Shown: positions 1 to 9,101 of the stretch, piece by piece
Layout of the letters: every line of letters begins with the position of its first letter
Numbering within the stretch: the first letter of the stretch is position 1
Assembly (NCBI RefSeq): GCF_000018105.1
Contig: NC_009930.1
Coordinates: 90,001 to 122,000 of the forward strand
Direction of reading: 5' to 3'
DNA from: Acaryochloris marina MBIC11017
GTDB taxonomy: Bacteria > Cyanobacteriota > Cyanobacteriia > Thermosynechococcales > Thermosynechococcaceae
DNA length: 32,000 bases
Translations under genes and position numbers: made by a program
The notes under the pieces: model-generated
The model's input: only the letters and a program-made list of their open reading frames with translations
Databases searched by the model: none
What the model was told of the DNA's origin: nothing

Positions 1-1900
1 TCCTATCAAATTTCACCTTCACTCCACTATCTAGATATTCTTTAGGCATCATCCAGGCTAGATCTGCTTTTGGAGGTACCGTCAAAGCTTCCAAATTTAC
101 AGTTGGAGCAGCTTGATGCTGGTCAAAGGTCAGGGTAACGGGCGATGTCGTGAGGTTCCTGAATGTAATTCTCGGCAATGTAGTTTTGGGCGTTATAGAT
201 TGAGGTCCTATACCAGGCGAGACCAGTTGCCCTTGCTTCATGGCAGCAGCTAATTTTCGGAATTCTTGCTGATACGCCATCAAGGTGTATGGGCCAAACA
301 AAGTAGATGCCCCTTCATAGTGCTGCCCCTGGTATTCTTCAAAGGTTGTAATGTATTGCGAGAAGGCATTGGAGTAGGCGGCCAAGGCTAAATAGTCCGC
401 ATTCAATTCAGCCTGGACCGCTGCCTTTAAACGACGTCCAGCCATGGTGGTGATTTCGCCAGGAATACCCGTCAAGACCAAATTACCAATTTTAAGAATT
501 TGAATCGGCAATTCTTTTGGAGTAATTGGGAAAAAATCCGTTTCAGGGTTGGCTAAACCGGGAGCGAAGGCAATTGGTTTGGGAGCATGCCCATCAATAA
601 AATCTGGAGTCAGCTTGCTATCAAATTGTCCTGGCAGTTCAGCACCGGGCACTTCAATCGCTGCAATTAACCCAGAAAAAGCTAGGATACTGGCTTCGTC
701 TTCCGTGATTGAACGGATGGTAATGCCTTCTCTAATGGGAATGGGTGGCTTACTGTCTTCGCTACTACCTGCAGCAAAGGAGATTCCTAAAGCTGCTGGC
801 CAAGTTCGTTTTCCAGGCCGATCTTTTATCTCAATATGGGACATATCGATAAAGGTATGTCGATAGTCAATGCTGCCGTGTAGTTCTTCCGTTGCCTGAT
901 CAAATAAGGTTTGAGCCAGTTGATATTGCTGCCCACCATGTTTTTTCATCCGCTCGATATCATCAGCACCCGTCGGAATAGAACCGAAGGCGACATTACC
1001 AGATACATCACCACAGTTGGCGTTAGCAAAAGCGGCAACGATGGGTTCATATGCCTTTTCTTCAAATAGCTCTGCGGCGTATCCTTTGTTATCCCCCGTC
1101 ACTAAAGTGTTGTATTGTCCACGATCTGTAGGGTGAATGGCATACCAGTTCAGTAGACCAAGGGGCTTTTCGTTTGTATCAGTCAGATGCACAAATTTCA
1201 GCAGCAACATCTCATTGTCCGTGTCGCTTCCATACTGATAAAGTTCAGACTCAGGGTTTCGAAAGTATGCTTCAGGCGAGCGTTGCCTTCCACAATCTTC
1301 GATATGCCCCCGATTAACGTAAATTTTACCGGGGGCGAGTTGATTATGAGCTTGCTCAATGGCTGAGACAATCCCAGCGACAATAGATTCAAAATTATGT
1401 CGATCAAACCCACCCGTTTTATTCGGTCCACCCAGAGTATGGTTGTACAGATAATAGTGGGTATATCCGCCAGGACCACTATGGGTGTGGGTGCCACTAA
1501 TTAGGAGGTTATCTAACTGGTAGAGTTCAGGACCGTATATTTTTTGGAGGCGTTCAACAACCTCTTGTTTGACGATATGCGTACCAGACCAGAGATCAGT
1601 GGATACAATTGCGACTCGTTTGAAGGACACTGGTTCAGCCACAATAAAAACCTTTGCAAACAACCGAGATTCAACTCCCGTTGTGCGCTGGTTCTTATCC
1701 GCCATGCCCTGCATACCTAAACCAATAGCAGGATCTGTTATGTCACTTTTACCGACTCCAATAAGATAGTTAGAAATAGGCTGGCTAGCTACTTCAGGTT
1801 GATAACTATGACCACTGAGTTGATTTAGAAGGACTGAGCCCATCGCCATACTGGCAGTGCTCAGAAAGTTGCGTCTAGAGATGTTTGTTTTCAACGTCAT
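1..1900 (-). CDS. neutral/alkaline ceramidase-family hydrolase with twin-arginine signal peptide (partial; C-terminus lies beyond window start)
   Basis: Absent from the ORF track because it runs off the window edge. My own minus-strand translation from ATG 1900-1898 (alternative in-frame ATG 1909-1907) stays open to position 2. It reads MTLKTNISRRNFLSTASMAMG (Tat-type SRRNFL), then LISGTHTHSGPGGYTHYYLY and ANANCGDVSGNV, motifs I associate with neutral ceramidases. Track ORFs 549-866, 1198-1497 and 1569-1769 are off-frame or antisense inside it. Confidence 0.7.
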   Translation of the reverse strand, partial: MTLKTNISRRNFLSTASMAMGSVLLNQLSGHSYQPEVASQPISNYLIGVGKSDITDPAIGLGMQGMADKNQRTTGVESRLFAKVFIVAEPVSFKRVAIVSTDLWSGTHIVKQEVVERLQKIYGPELYQLDNLLISGTHTHSGPGGYTHYYLYNHTLGGPNKTGGFDRHNFESIVAGIVSAIEQAHNQLAPGKIYVNRGHIEDCGRQRSPEAYFRNPESELYQYGSDTDNEMLLLKFVHLTDTNEKPLGLLNWYAIHPTDRGQYNTLVTGDNKGYAAELFEEKAYEPIVAAFANANCGDVSGNVAFGSIPTGADDIERMKKHGGQQYQLAQTLFDQATEELHGSIDYRHTFIDMSHIEIKDRPGKRTWPAALGISFAAGSSEDSKPPIPIREGITIRSITEDEASILAFSGLIAAIEVPGAELPGQFDSKLTPDFIDGHAPKPIAFAPGLANPETDFFPITPKELPIQILKIGNLVLTGIPGEITTMAGRRLKAAVQAELNADYLALAAYSNAFSQYITTFEEYQGQHYEGASTLFGPYTLMAYQQEFRKLAAAMKQGQLVSPGIGPQSITPKTTLPRITFRNLTTSPVTLTFDQHQAAPTVNLEALTVPPKADLAWMMPKEYLDSGVKVKFDR

Positions 1901-2769
1901 TGGTTGCATCACTTAGATTGATGTACCAGATAATTCCACTAGATAGGTATTGCTCAACTCAATAAAAGTGAGACAAAGTTTAGCAATACTTTTTGGAATT
2001 AAGTATCAGTTTTTAGTTCAAATAATTGTAATTAACTCATAGAAATTTCTAAAGATTGCCATTATTAGCTAAAAACTATTATTGCCATCATTATTTTTGG
2101 AGTTAAATAACATAGTTCAATTGCCAATAGAGATCGGCTAGACTTAACTGAATCACCTTGAGTTCTACCTTCGTTATTACTTCTGAAAGACGGCCATTAT
2201 TTATTCATTACTTAATATTTCTTTATTTTTATGTAGCTAAGAATATATTCGAATGGCTTTTATCTAGTAGTTTCAGCTACAAGAGAATTTTAAAAAAATT
2301 GCATGCCAATACTAGGTTGGTGAATGACGGTCAACTAAGCATTTGCGTGCGTCTTTGGACGGGCTATTGCATCGGTGAAGACTGTCAGCTGCGTACTAGT
2401 GATGTTGACAAGGCCCCATACTCTCGGTGTTATTTTCTGGCACCAAACTAAGAGCAAGCGAGATACGCGAGAAGTGCTGATACATTTCCATTTAGGGGTT
2501 TTTGGTATAACTTCTCAGAAAAGTGTATTCCAACTTCAAACCTTTTTATCTCATTTTCAGAAATTATTTTTATAGGCTTGAAAAGACTCTAACTTAATTT
2601 GATCAAAGATTTATTGAACAAGAGTTTCAATTTCTCAGAACTTCTAGGTTTCTGCACCCAAAAGAGAGTATTTTCTGTTGGCACAGGAGATCAAAAATAG
2701 GTATGCATCTGAAAAAGCTTGCAACAAAAGAATATAGCCCTATCCCAATACTACTGCTCGATCAAGACC

Positions 2770-3366
2770 TCAATTATTCGTGTCTGGACTTGCCTTCACC
2801 TCACTATCAATCGAATCAATTGCAAGGAAAGCAGTTGATTCGTCCGTTTCTCCGACTCGATCAACAAGCAGGATGATGGTGGTCTGTAATGATTGCCCTG
2901 CAGGAACCAGAGTTGAAATATGAACAATGAAGTCGTCGAATTCGCCCACTCGTTCAGAGTCTTTTAATCCGTCTTCAGCAGCAGCCTGCTCAGCTTGCTT
3001 TCGAGTAGGAAAGTCTTTACTCACAGCACAATTTTTTGCGTCTTCAATTGCCTTGACTAGATCAACAACTGCTGTCTGAGAACCAGAGTGAACGATCATC
3101 GCTGCACTGGCATTACCCTCTCTTGCAACAAAGCCTCGAAAATCTTGCTCCACGAGGCTATCTTCGGTACTCTCAATTTCTCGGACATAAGTGAACGTTC
3201 TTGTCTCTACATCTGGTACTGATGGATTGCCCACTCCAGTTTCAATCGATAAATTATCAAAGATCATGGTTGAAGCTTGACTATCCTCGCTTGTGACAGC
3301 CACAAACCTTATTGTGTCAGTCGGGATACTCTTCTTGAATTTTGGGCCATCAAGTACCTGTTGCAT
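2770..3366 (-). CDS. hypothetical acidic protein
   Basis: Isolated 198-aa ORF with coding-like composition, flanked by AT-rich non-coding DNA. No motif recognised. Confidence 0.45.
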   Translation of the reverse strand: MQQVLDGPKFKKSIPTDTIRFVAVTSEDSQASTMIFDNLSIETGVGNPSVPDVETRTFTYVREIESTEDSLVEQDFRGFVAREGNASAAMIVHSGSQTAVVDLVKAIEDAKNCAVSKDFPTRKQAEQAAAEDGLKDSERVGEFDDFIVHISTLVPAGQSLQTTIILLVDRVGETDESTAFLAIDSIDSEVKASPDTNN

Positions 3367-4080
3367 GCTGATAGTCTCCTAAAGAACGACTTTTATAAAA
3401 CCAACGATAAAAAACATTTTGTCTATTGCTATTCTCCAACCAAAAAGCCATGATTAAATAGGCGAGAACACTCATCGGCAGTGGTCCCTTAAAAGGCTCT
3501 AGATTTCCGTAGCCCCTATTCTATAAACATTTGAGACTTCCAACTCCATTTATTCTGAAGTTTATAACCTAGAAAGGTTTTGAACTTTTAGATCCTGCTA
3601 AGAGACCAGCGCCAACACCTCCAAATATAACTAGACCCGTAGTCTGGCGGGGAGACTAGTAGCAATATAAAAGTAATGAATCAGGATAAAAATGCTATTT
3701 TGTGTTGTCTTAAATTGTTGAGTTTAGTGAAGAATGTGAGCAATGTACTTCGACAGGAATAAGTGTCAAGCACTTTTTTCAAGTATTCAGATGAGATGAA
3801 TTTCGTTGTGAACACTCTGCACCAAGGCACTTGGGCTGTCCGACTCTGAATTTAGCTGGCTTGACCGACCACATAGCAATGCTCTAGCGGAATCTTCTTA
3901 ATCGCCGCTTTCTGCCGTATATCTCTTTCTGCTTTCTTTCGAACAGCAATCCTAGCCCTAGCAGCTTTAGCCCGCATTGCCTTGGCATCGCTGTTGTAGT
4001 TCTTCTGAATTTCTTCAGTATTTCGAGAGGGGGGATGGCGTATTGATTTTGATCGGTCAAAGGGAAGTTAGTGTCCCGAT

Positions 4081-4362
4081 TTATTCGCCATGGTTATTGA
4101 GACGATCATGCTTGGCATGATCTCTGCGTGAGACGAGGAAGAAAATCGCTAAACAGCTCTCCTCATTGGGGAAAGCACCAATCTCATCAGCTTTGGTTCG
4201 GAATTCTCGGAACAACCGTTCTAGCGCATTGGAAGTACGAATCAGCGAATGAATGGATTCATCAAAATCATAGAAACTCAAGGTCAGGGCAAAATCTTTG
4301 GTAAAGGTTCTGACCGCATCGGGTTCAAGGCCCAATTGAAGGGTTGCTGACACCAGATACAA
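4081..4362 (-). pseudogene. IS256-family (mutator-type) transposase, C-terminal ~90 aa remnant
   Basis: The segment LSFYDFDESIHSLIRTSNALERLFREFRTKADEIGAFPNEESCLAIFFL matches the conserved C-terminal block of IS256-family transposases (..FP..HW..IRTTN.IE..N.E.RRR....FPNE.S...L). The N-terminal ~300 aa including the DDE core is missing, and the track start is a non-ATG artefact. Confidence 0.7.
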
Positions 4363-4527
4363 CGAAGGCTAGAGGCTATACAGAGAAAGGATTCTAAGGC
4401 TTGATATTTCTCAATATTCTTTAGCTTTTAGTAATGATTTAGTTTCTGGTCGAACGTATTTGCGTCGTTTCAGGCCCCTAAAAGTGCTTGATTGCACCTG
4501 GTGTCAGCAACCCTTCAATTGGGCCTT
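4327..4527. repeat. 30-bp perfect inverted repeat pair (4327-4356 and 4498-4527) around a 141-bp spacer
   Basis: Read directly from the sequence. 4498-4527 is ctggtgtcagcaacccttcaattgggcctt, and 4327-4356 is its exact reverse complement. Identity stops abruptly at both ends. Confidence 0.9.
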
Positions 4528-4717
4528 TTCGGGCCTTTCCCCCATACTCAATGTCAGTAGTATCCCTACGAGTATTGATTATTATGTCAATGTTCTTGGC
4601 TTTCAAAAAGATTGGGACTGGGGCGATCCACCGACTTTTGCATCTGTTTCCAGAGATGACGTTTGCATCTTTTTATGTCAGGGGGCACAAGGGCAGTCTG
4701 GAACATGGATATCAATA

Positions 4718-5800
4718 AGTACCTATCCAAAATCAATTACATAATCTTTTCCGAAGCCCTTAAGGATTTTGTCGATGTACAGACTCAGGCTGCCTAAACA
4801 CTTGTAGGCAGCAAATTCAATCCACTCATATTTCATAAAACGCCAGAAAATCTCAATCAAATTCAGATGCGGTGAATAGGTAGGTAGCCAGAAAATTTCG
4901 ACATTCTTGGCTTTCCAGTCCTCAATTTTTTCTTCAATTTCAGCGTTTTTATGGACGCTGGCTTGATCCATCACCACAACCGTGTGTTGATCACAGGTCC
5001 TACTAAAATCATCGATACAGGCCACCACCACAGCACTGGTAATACTCTTGTCAAACACATAGGAAGTGAGGTCATTGTGCCGATTCATCAACCCCAACAC
5101 GTTGAATCGACTGCTGCGTTGACTGGGAAGTCCTAGTGTTTCCCCTTTCTCCTGCCAAGCATAGGGGACATACGGCACTAAGCAAAACCCGCTTTCATCG
5201 AGATATCTCAGGTCCAGCTCACCTTTTTCCTCTTGGCGCTTCAAGACCTCTAACTGATGACGTTTGGTTTCATACTCCACTGGGTCTGGCTGGCCTGCAA
5301 CGACCCGCCTGAGACGACGCCAGCTCATGGAACATGATTTGAGGATGCGCTTGAGGGTGGTTTTGCTCACCGCTATGTTCCAGGCTTCTTTGATCTTGGC
5401 CAACACAGCATTGAGGTTATGCGGAGTCATTTTTGCCCACGCTCGGATTTGCTCCTTCTGCACGTCATTCAACTTAGGTTTACGGCCCCGGCCTGGCTGA
5501 TCATACAGACCCACTAAGCAGTGGTTGTCCCAATCATCTAACCAGGTATAAACCGTTTTTCGGGTGACGGCAAAGATGCTCATTAACTCTGTGACATTGA
5601 ACCCTTCAAAACTCAACAGAATGCAATGGGCACGTTGACGGACTTGGTGGTGATAACTATGGCGATGAATCCGGCTGAGTAAATGGATGGTCTCTGGGCT
5701 CAATCCCTGAATAAAACGTTGTTTCATTGGGCTACAAGCTATTCGCTATCAACTGAACTGAAACCACTTATTATGATGTAAATATTTCTGGCTATCTACT
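4718..5800 (-). mobile_element. IS630-family insertion sequence (1083 bp) with TA target-site duplication
   Basis: A single transposase ORF lies between imperfect terminal inverted repeats (left agtacctatccaaaat..., right-end reverse complement agtagatagccagaaat...). TA is present at 4716-4717 and 5801-5802. The insertion splits a VOC gene in frame. Confidence 0.85.
4723..5727 (-). CDS. IS630-family DDE transposase
   Basis: 334-aa intact ORF. N-terminal HTH region (QRAHCILLSFEGFNVTELMSIFAVTRKTVYTWL), then the DDE_3-like core (YLDESGF ... VVVMDQASVH ... FWLPTYSPHLNLIEIFWRFMK). Confidence 0.9.
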   Translation of the reverse strand: MKQRFIQGLSPETIHLLSRIHRHSYHHQVRQRAHCILLSFEGFNVTELMSIFAVTRKTVYTWLDDWDNHCLVGLYDQPGRGRKPKLNDVQKEQIRAWAKMTPHNLNAVLAKIKEAWNIAVSKTTLKRILKSCSMSWRRLRRVVAGQPDPVEYETKRHQLEVLKRQEEKGELDLRYLDESGFCLVPYVPYAWQEKGETLGLPSQRSSRFNVLGLMNRHNDLTSYVFDKSITSAVVVACIDDFSRTCDQHTVVVMDQASVHKNAEIEEKIEDWKAKNVEIFWLPTYSPHLNLIEIFWRFMKYEWIEFAAYKCLGSLSLYIDKILKGFGKDYVIDFG

Positions 5801-6073
5801 TATTCGTGGCTGATGTTGATGCGTTGTTCACTGAGTTCAAAGCGAAAGGAGCCAGGATTCGGCAAGCACCTACTAATTTCTCTTGGGGAATGCGAGAAAT
5901 GAATATTGAAGATCCTGATGGGCATCGATTGCGGATGGGAGCTGCAACGAATGAGCCCAGTGATGGAGTGCCATTATGTGAGGATTGATATGGGGGGATT
6001 GCGGGAAATTCAAAGCAATCTTTTCCGTACAGCCTGTGCCGTGGCACCGTATTGCTCTGCGATCTCTTGATAG

Positions 6074-7273
6074 TCAAATCGTCAAGTCATTGATCAGAAT
6101 CTGCAAGTCTGGTTTAAATTTTGTGGGGGAGGTTCTGTGTAACCGGAGTTTTTTACAGCGATTGAACTGCAGAAATGATTCTAATTCCTTGCGTAGAGCA
6201 AGGAACAACTCCTCGACTTTTAAGACAATCGGTTCCAGTACGAGATGATGAATATGCAGCAGCGATTTACTTCTCTCAGTACTGCAGTCCATTCGAGCGA
6301 CCAGTTTTCCATCCCACAAAATGGGGAGGCAGAAGTAGCCGTATTGGCGTTTGGCCTCAGGCACATAGCACTCAATTAAGTAATCAAAATCAAACAGCGC
6401 TTTGAGGCGCTTACGCTGAATGACAAGATTGTCAAATGGTGAGAGTATTTTCAGTTTGCTGCGGGCTAAAGGTTTACTGAGCAACTCCAGTGAATTTGGC
6501 AAGGCATAGTAGAGACGATCACCGACATGAATCTGCAATAGCTCACCGGAAGAAACCATGTCCTTCAATGTCATATCAATAAGCGGCTTGGTACCCTTCA
6601 GCAAATAGGCAATTTCAGCAGACTGGCCTAACCCGTTTGCGCGCAAATATCGCGTAATCAAAAATCGAGCGTATTCCTCTGGAGCTGGTAGGGTGATATC
6701 TGTCCCTTCAGGCAATACCCGCTCGGTGAGATCATAAACTTTTTGAAAATTGACACGGTAAGGAATCATGAGATCCCCCTGCATAAACAGATATTGCAGG
6801 GCGCGCTTGGCAGGCTTGGTTTTCCATGCACCGATCCTTGTACCAGTATGCTCAAAATCTTTAGCCATCAAAGGGCCTTCAGTGGCAATGCGTTTGAGCA
6901 CCCATTTCAACATCTGCTCATCACGTTTATACCAGTGGCTTAGTTCACCACTTGCCAGCGCATACTTGCGAGGCAGACTGAAGCGGTAGTCCCGAAAGGG
7001 CAGGTAGGCGGCTGCATGTGACCAGTACTCAAAAACCTGTTTGTCAGAAAGCAGCTGATCGAGCTGGGAAGCCTTGTAACGAGGATTGCGATTCCACAGG
7101 GTATGGTGATGGGCACGTTGAACAACGGAGATGGTATCAATTTGGATATAGCCAAGGTGCTCAATCGCCGATAGGGTCGCTTCAATGGCACGACCAGATT
7201 GCTTTCTCGGAGGTAATCTTTGTGAGAGCAGGACCAGTTTTCTGGCTTGTTGAATGGACAGGGATTCTTTCAT
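6074..7273 (-). CDS. ycaQ: YcaQ/AlkZ-family winged-helix DNA glycosylase (DUF1006-type, interstrand-crosslink repair family)
   Basis: 399 aa. N-terminal LSAIEHLGYIQIDTISVVQRAHHHTLWNR carries the Q-hydrophobic-D catalytic motif described for the YcaQ-like subfamily. Length and the later segments (WKTKPAKRALQYLFMQGDLMI, YGYFCLPILWDGKLVARMD) fit the family. Confidence 0.75.
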   Translation of the reverse strand: MKESLSIQQARKLVLLSQRLPPRKQSGRAIEATLSAIEHLGYIQIDTISVVQRAHHHTLWNRNPRYKASQLDQLLSDKQVFEYWSHAAAYLPFRDYRFSLPRKYALASGELSHWYKRDEQMLKWVLKRIATEGPLMAKDFEHTGTRIGAWKTKPAKRALQYLFMQGDLMIPYRVNFQKVYDLTERVLPEGTDITLPAPEEYARFLITRYLRANGLGQSAEIAYLLKGTKPLIDMTLKDMVSSGELLQIHVGDRLYYALPNSLELLSKPLARSKLKILSPFDNLVIQRKRLKALFDFDYLIECYVPEAKRQYGYFCLPILWDGKLVARMDCSTERSKSLLHIHHLVLEPIVLKVEELFLALRKELESFLQFNRCKKLRLHRTSPTKFKPDLQILINDLTI

Positions 7274-7696
7274 AGCCTAGTAATCACCAGCATCCCTCGC
7301 CTAAGTCTTCCATAAATCTCATCCATGTTCGACCTCAGCAGCTTCAGTTTCCCCACCCCTCATCTTTCTTTCACAGATGACTCTGAATAGTCGTCTCAGG
7401 GCAAAGATCCACTATCAGGATGCCAGTCTTCTAAAATTCTCGACCTGGCTAAAGATTCGCTCCATAGCATAGTGGACTGCATCCAAAAACTGGTGGTAAT
7501 AGCGAACACACTGTTGCAGATTGGTGAATTTACCCCTCATTAAACGGACTCGAGTGGACACACACAAGCGTCGCTTCTGGCACCTGCTCCTCAGCCTATA
7601 GCTTCAGGCTCTCCCTAGCCTAATTAGGGCTTGCTGGCGTTTATTTATCAATGGACCTGTTTTGGTCGCTAAGGTGTTCAGATTACTGAACGGTAC

Positions 7697-8770
7697 TTAG
7701 GTAGCATCTGCTTCTTCCAGGTGAGTCTCTTCAATTTCTATGGCATTGTTAGCATTAACGTCCGCTTCACCTCCTAGGTCAAGCTTTTGACGCACCTGCT
7801 GTTCTACATCTTGAGCAAACTCTGGGTTATCCAAAAAATATTGAATCGTATTCTCCCGACCCTGGCCTATATTGCTACCGTCATAGCTATACCAAGCCCC
7901 TTTGCGGACAATGATATCTTTCTCTTCCGCCATATCGACCAGGCAACCCATGGTTGAGATTCCCTGGCCAAAAAGGATGTCAAACTCGGCTATCCGGAAA
8001 GGAGGTGCAACCTTGTTCTTGGCAACTTTGACCTTCGCTCGGATGCCATACATATCGGTCCCTTTCTTCAAGGTCTGGATCCGACGAATATCCAGACGAA
8101 CCGATGCATAGAATTTGAGGGCGTTACCTCCCGTGGTCACCTCAGGGTTACCATAGGTGACCCCAATCTTTTGGCGAAGCTGATTCAGGAAAATAACGGT
8201 GCTGCCAGACTTAGCAATATTGCTCGTTATCTTGCGTAGGGCTTGACTCATCAACCGAGCCTGCAAACCCATATGAGAATCTCCCATGTCTCCCTCAATT
8301 TCAGCTCTGGGAGTGAGAGCAGCCACGGAATCAACCACCACTAGATCCACCGCACTGGATCGGACTAACTGATCCACAATTTCTAAAGCCATTTCACCAG
8401 AGTCAGGCTGACTTACGAGTAGCTCAGATACATCTACACCTAATGCTGCTGCATACACTGGATCAAGAGCATGTTCAGCATCCACAAAGGCAGCGACGCC
8501 CCCAGTTTTTTGGATCTGGGAGATCGCATGGAGGGCTACAGTTGTTTTACCGGAACTCTCAGGGCCATAGATTTCAATCACCCGTCCCCTAGGAAGTCCA
8601 CCTCCTAAGGCTAGGTCCAGGGTCAATGCACCACTAGAGATGGTCTCGACCTGCATCCGAGTGGCATCCCCTAGTCGCATGATGGCCCCTTTCCCAAACG
8701 TCTTCTCAACGTTCTTCATCACCAAGTCGAGGGCTTTTTGCTTCTCGTTCATTTCATTTTTGGCACTCAT
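7697..8770 (-). CDS. recA: recombinase RecA
   Basis: 357 aa with canonical RecA sequence: [24 protein letters not shown], Walker [71 protein letters not shown] lies 8 nt upstream of the ATG. Confidence 0.97.
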   Translation of the reverse strand: MSAKNEMNEKQKALDLVMKNVEKTFGKGAIMRLGDATRMQVETISSGALTLDLALGGGLPRGRVIEIYGPESSGKTTVALHAISQIQKTGGVAAFVDAEHALDPVYAAALGVDVSELLVSQPDSGEMALEIVDQLVRSSAVDLVVVDSVAALTPRAEIEGDMGDSHMGLQARLMSQALRKITSNIAKSGSTVIFLNQLRQKIGVTYGNPEVTTGGNALKFYASVRLDIRRIQTLKKGTDMYGIRAKVKVAKNKVAPPFRIAEFDILFGQGISTMGCLVDMAEEKDIIVRKGAWYSYDGSNIGQGRENTIQYFLDNPEFAQDVEQQVRQKLDLGGEADVNANNAIEIEETHLEEADAT

Positions 8771-8814
8771 GAGTGAATCTCCAAAGGGGTGAATTGGGGG
8801 GATGCTAGACCAAT

Positions 8815-8843
8815 ATAGTAATTCTGTACTAAAATGGTGTCAA
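8815..8843 (-). promoter_or_regulatory. candidate recA promoter (TTGACA-N17-TACTAT) with overlapping LexA-box-like palindrome
   Basis: On the minus strand the -35 TTGACA is at 8843-8838, followed by a 17-nt spacer and the -10 TACTAT at 8820-8815, 45 nt upstream of the recA ATG. AGTACAGAATTACT (8830-8817) matches the cyanobacterial LexA box consensus I recall (RGTACNNNDGTWCB) with one mismatch. Confidence 0.45.
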
Positions 8844-8888
8844 TAAGATACTTTTGTTCATGTTTTACCTCCACATGGTGAGGTTGTA

Positions 8889-9092
8889 ATGGCAACAGAT
8901 ACACTTGCTGAATTGGTTGGATTCCCTGGTGGGTGGCTCGTAGGCGTCTCTCTTGATTTGGAGTGGGGCTATCAATGTTGGGTGATCACACCAGAAAGAC
9001 AGGTTCACACTGATGGAGAATTCTACGAGAACAACGTTATAGCGTTGTCAGCAGGCCGCTTCCTGGTGGAACATTCCTTGGAAGTGGAATAG
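8889..9092 (+). CDS. small hypothetical protein
   Basis: 67-aa ORF divergent from recA. No motif recognised. Confidence 0.3.
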   Translation: MATDTLAELVGFPGGWLVGVSLDLEWGYQCWVITPERQVHTDGEFYENNVIALSAGRFLVEHSLEVE

Positions 9093-9101
9093 GGCTATTG
9101 A

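Larger units (their letters stand above)
4460..5988 (+). pseudogene. VOC / glyoxalase-bleomycin-resistance family gene, interrupted by the IS630-family element and probably 5'-truncated
   Basis: The 5' part (GLSPILNVSSIPTSIDYYVNVLGFQKDWDWGDPPTFASVSRDDVCIFLCQGAQGQSGTWISI) ends at 4717. The 3' part (FVADVDALFTEFKAKGARIRQAPTNFSWGMREMNIEDPDGHRLRMG) resumes at 5803. Removing 4718-5802 joins them in frame. There is no plausible ATG upstream of LSPIL, and codons 13-23 of the track ORF are the right arm of the 30-bp inverted repeat. Confidence 0.75.

Noticed and set aside
549-1769. Track ORFs 549-866(+), 1198-1497(-) and 1569-1769(+)
   Set aside because: All lie inside the long minus-strand ceramidase-like frame that I translated by hand. 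Their sequences are low-complexity or odd in composition (e.g. ...TRTMRCCC), so they are shadow ORFs.
2158-2575. Two overlapping plus-strand ORFs (97 and 66 aa) in the 1.9-2.8 kb gap
   Set aside because: The stretch is AT-rich and intergenic-looking. The peptides are Phe/Leu/Ile/Tyr-rich, there is no RBS, and the two ORFs overlap each other. They are most likely non-coding promoter or spacer DNA.
3855-4075. Short Lys/Arg/Ala-rich minus-strand ORF (MRAKAARARIAVRKKAERDIRQKAAIKKIPLEH...) next to the IS256 remnant
   Set aside because: It is only about 43 aa from its first ATG, has no recognisable family and lies in decayed IS-flanking DNA. I cannot support it as a gene.
7274-7696. Possible transposase remnant between ycaQ and recA (minus-strand peptide ...MRGKFTNLQQCVRYYHQFLDAVHYAMERIFSQVENFRRLAS)
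   Set aside because: The ERIFxxxxxFRRLA ending vaguely recalls IS5-type C-termini. But the ORF is about 40 aa, the motif order is not convincing, and no inverted repeats were found. A small GTTCAG-atta-CTGAAC hairpin after the recA stop lacks a U-tract, so I did not call it a terminator.
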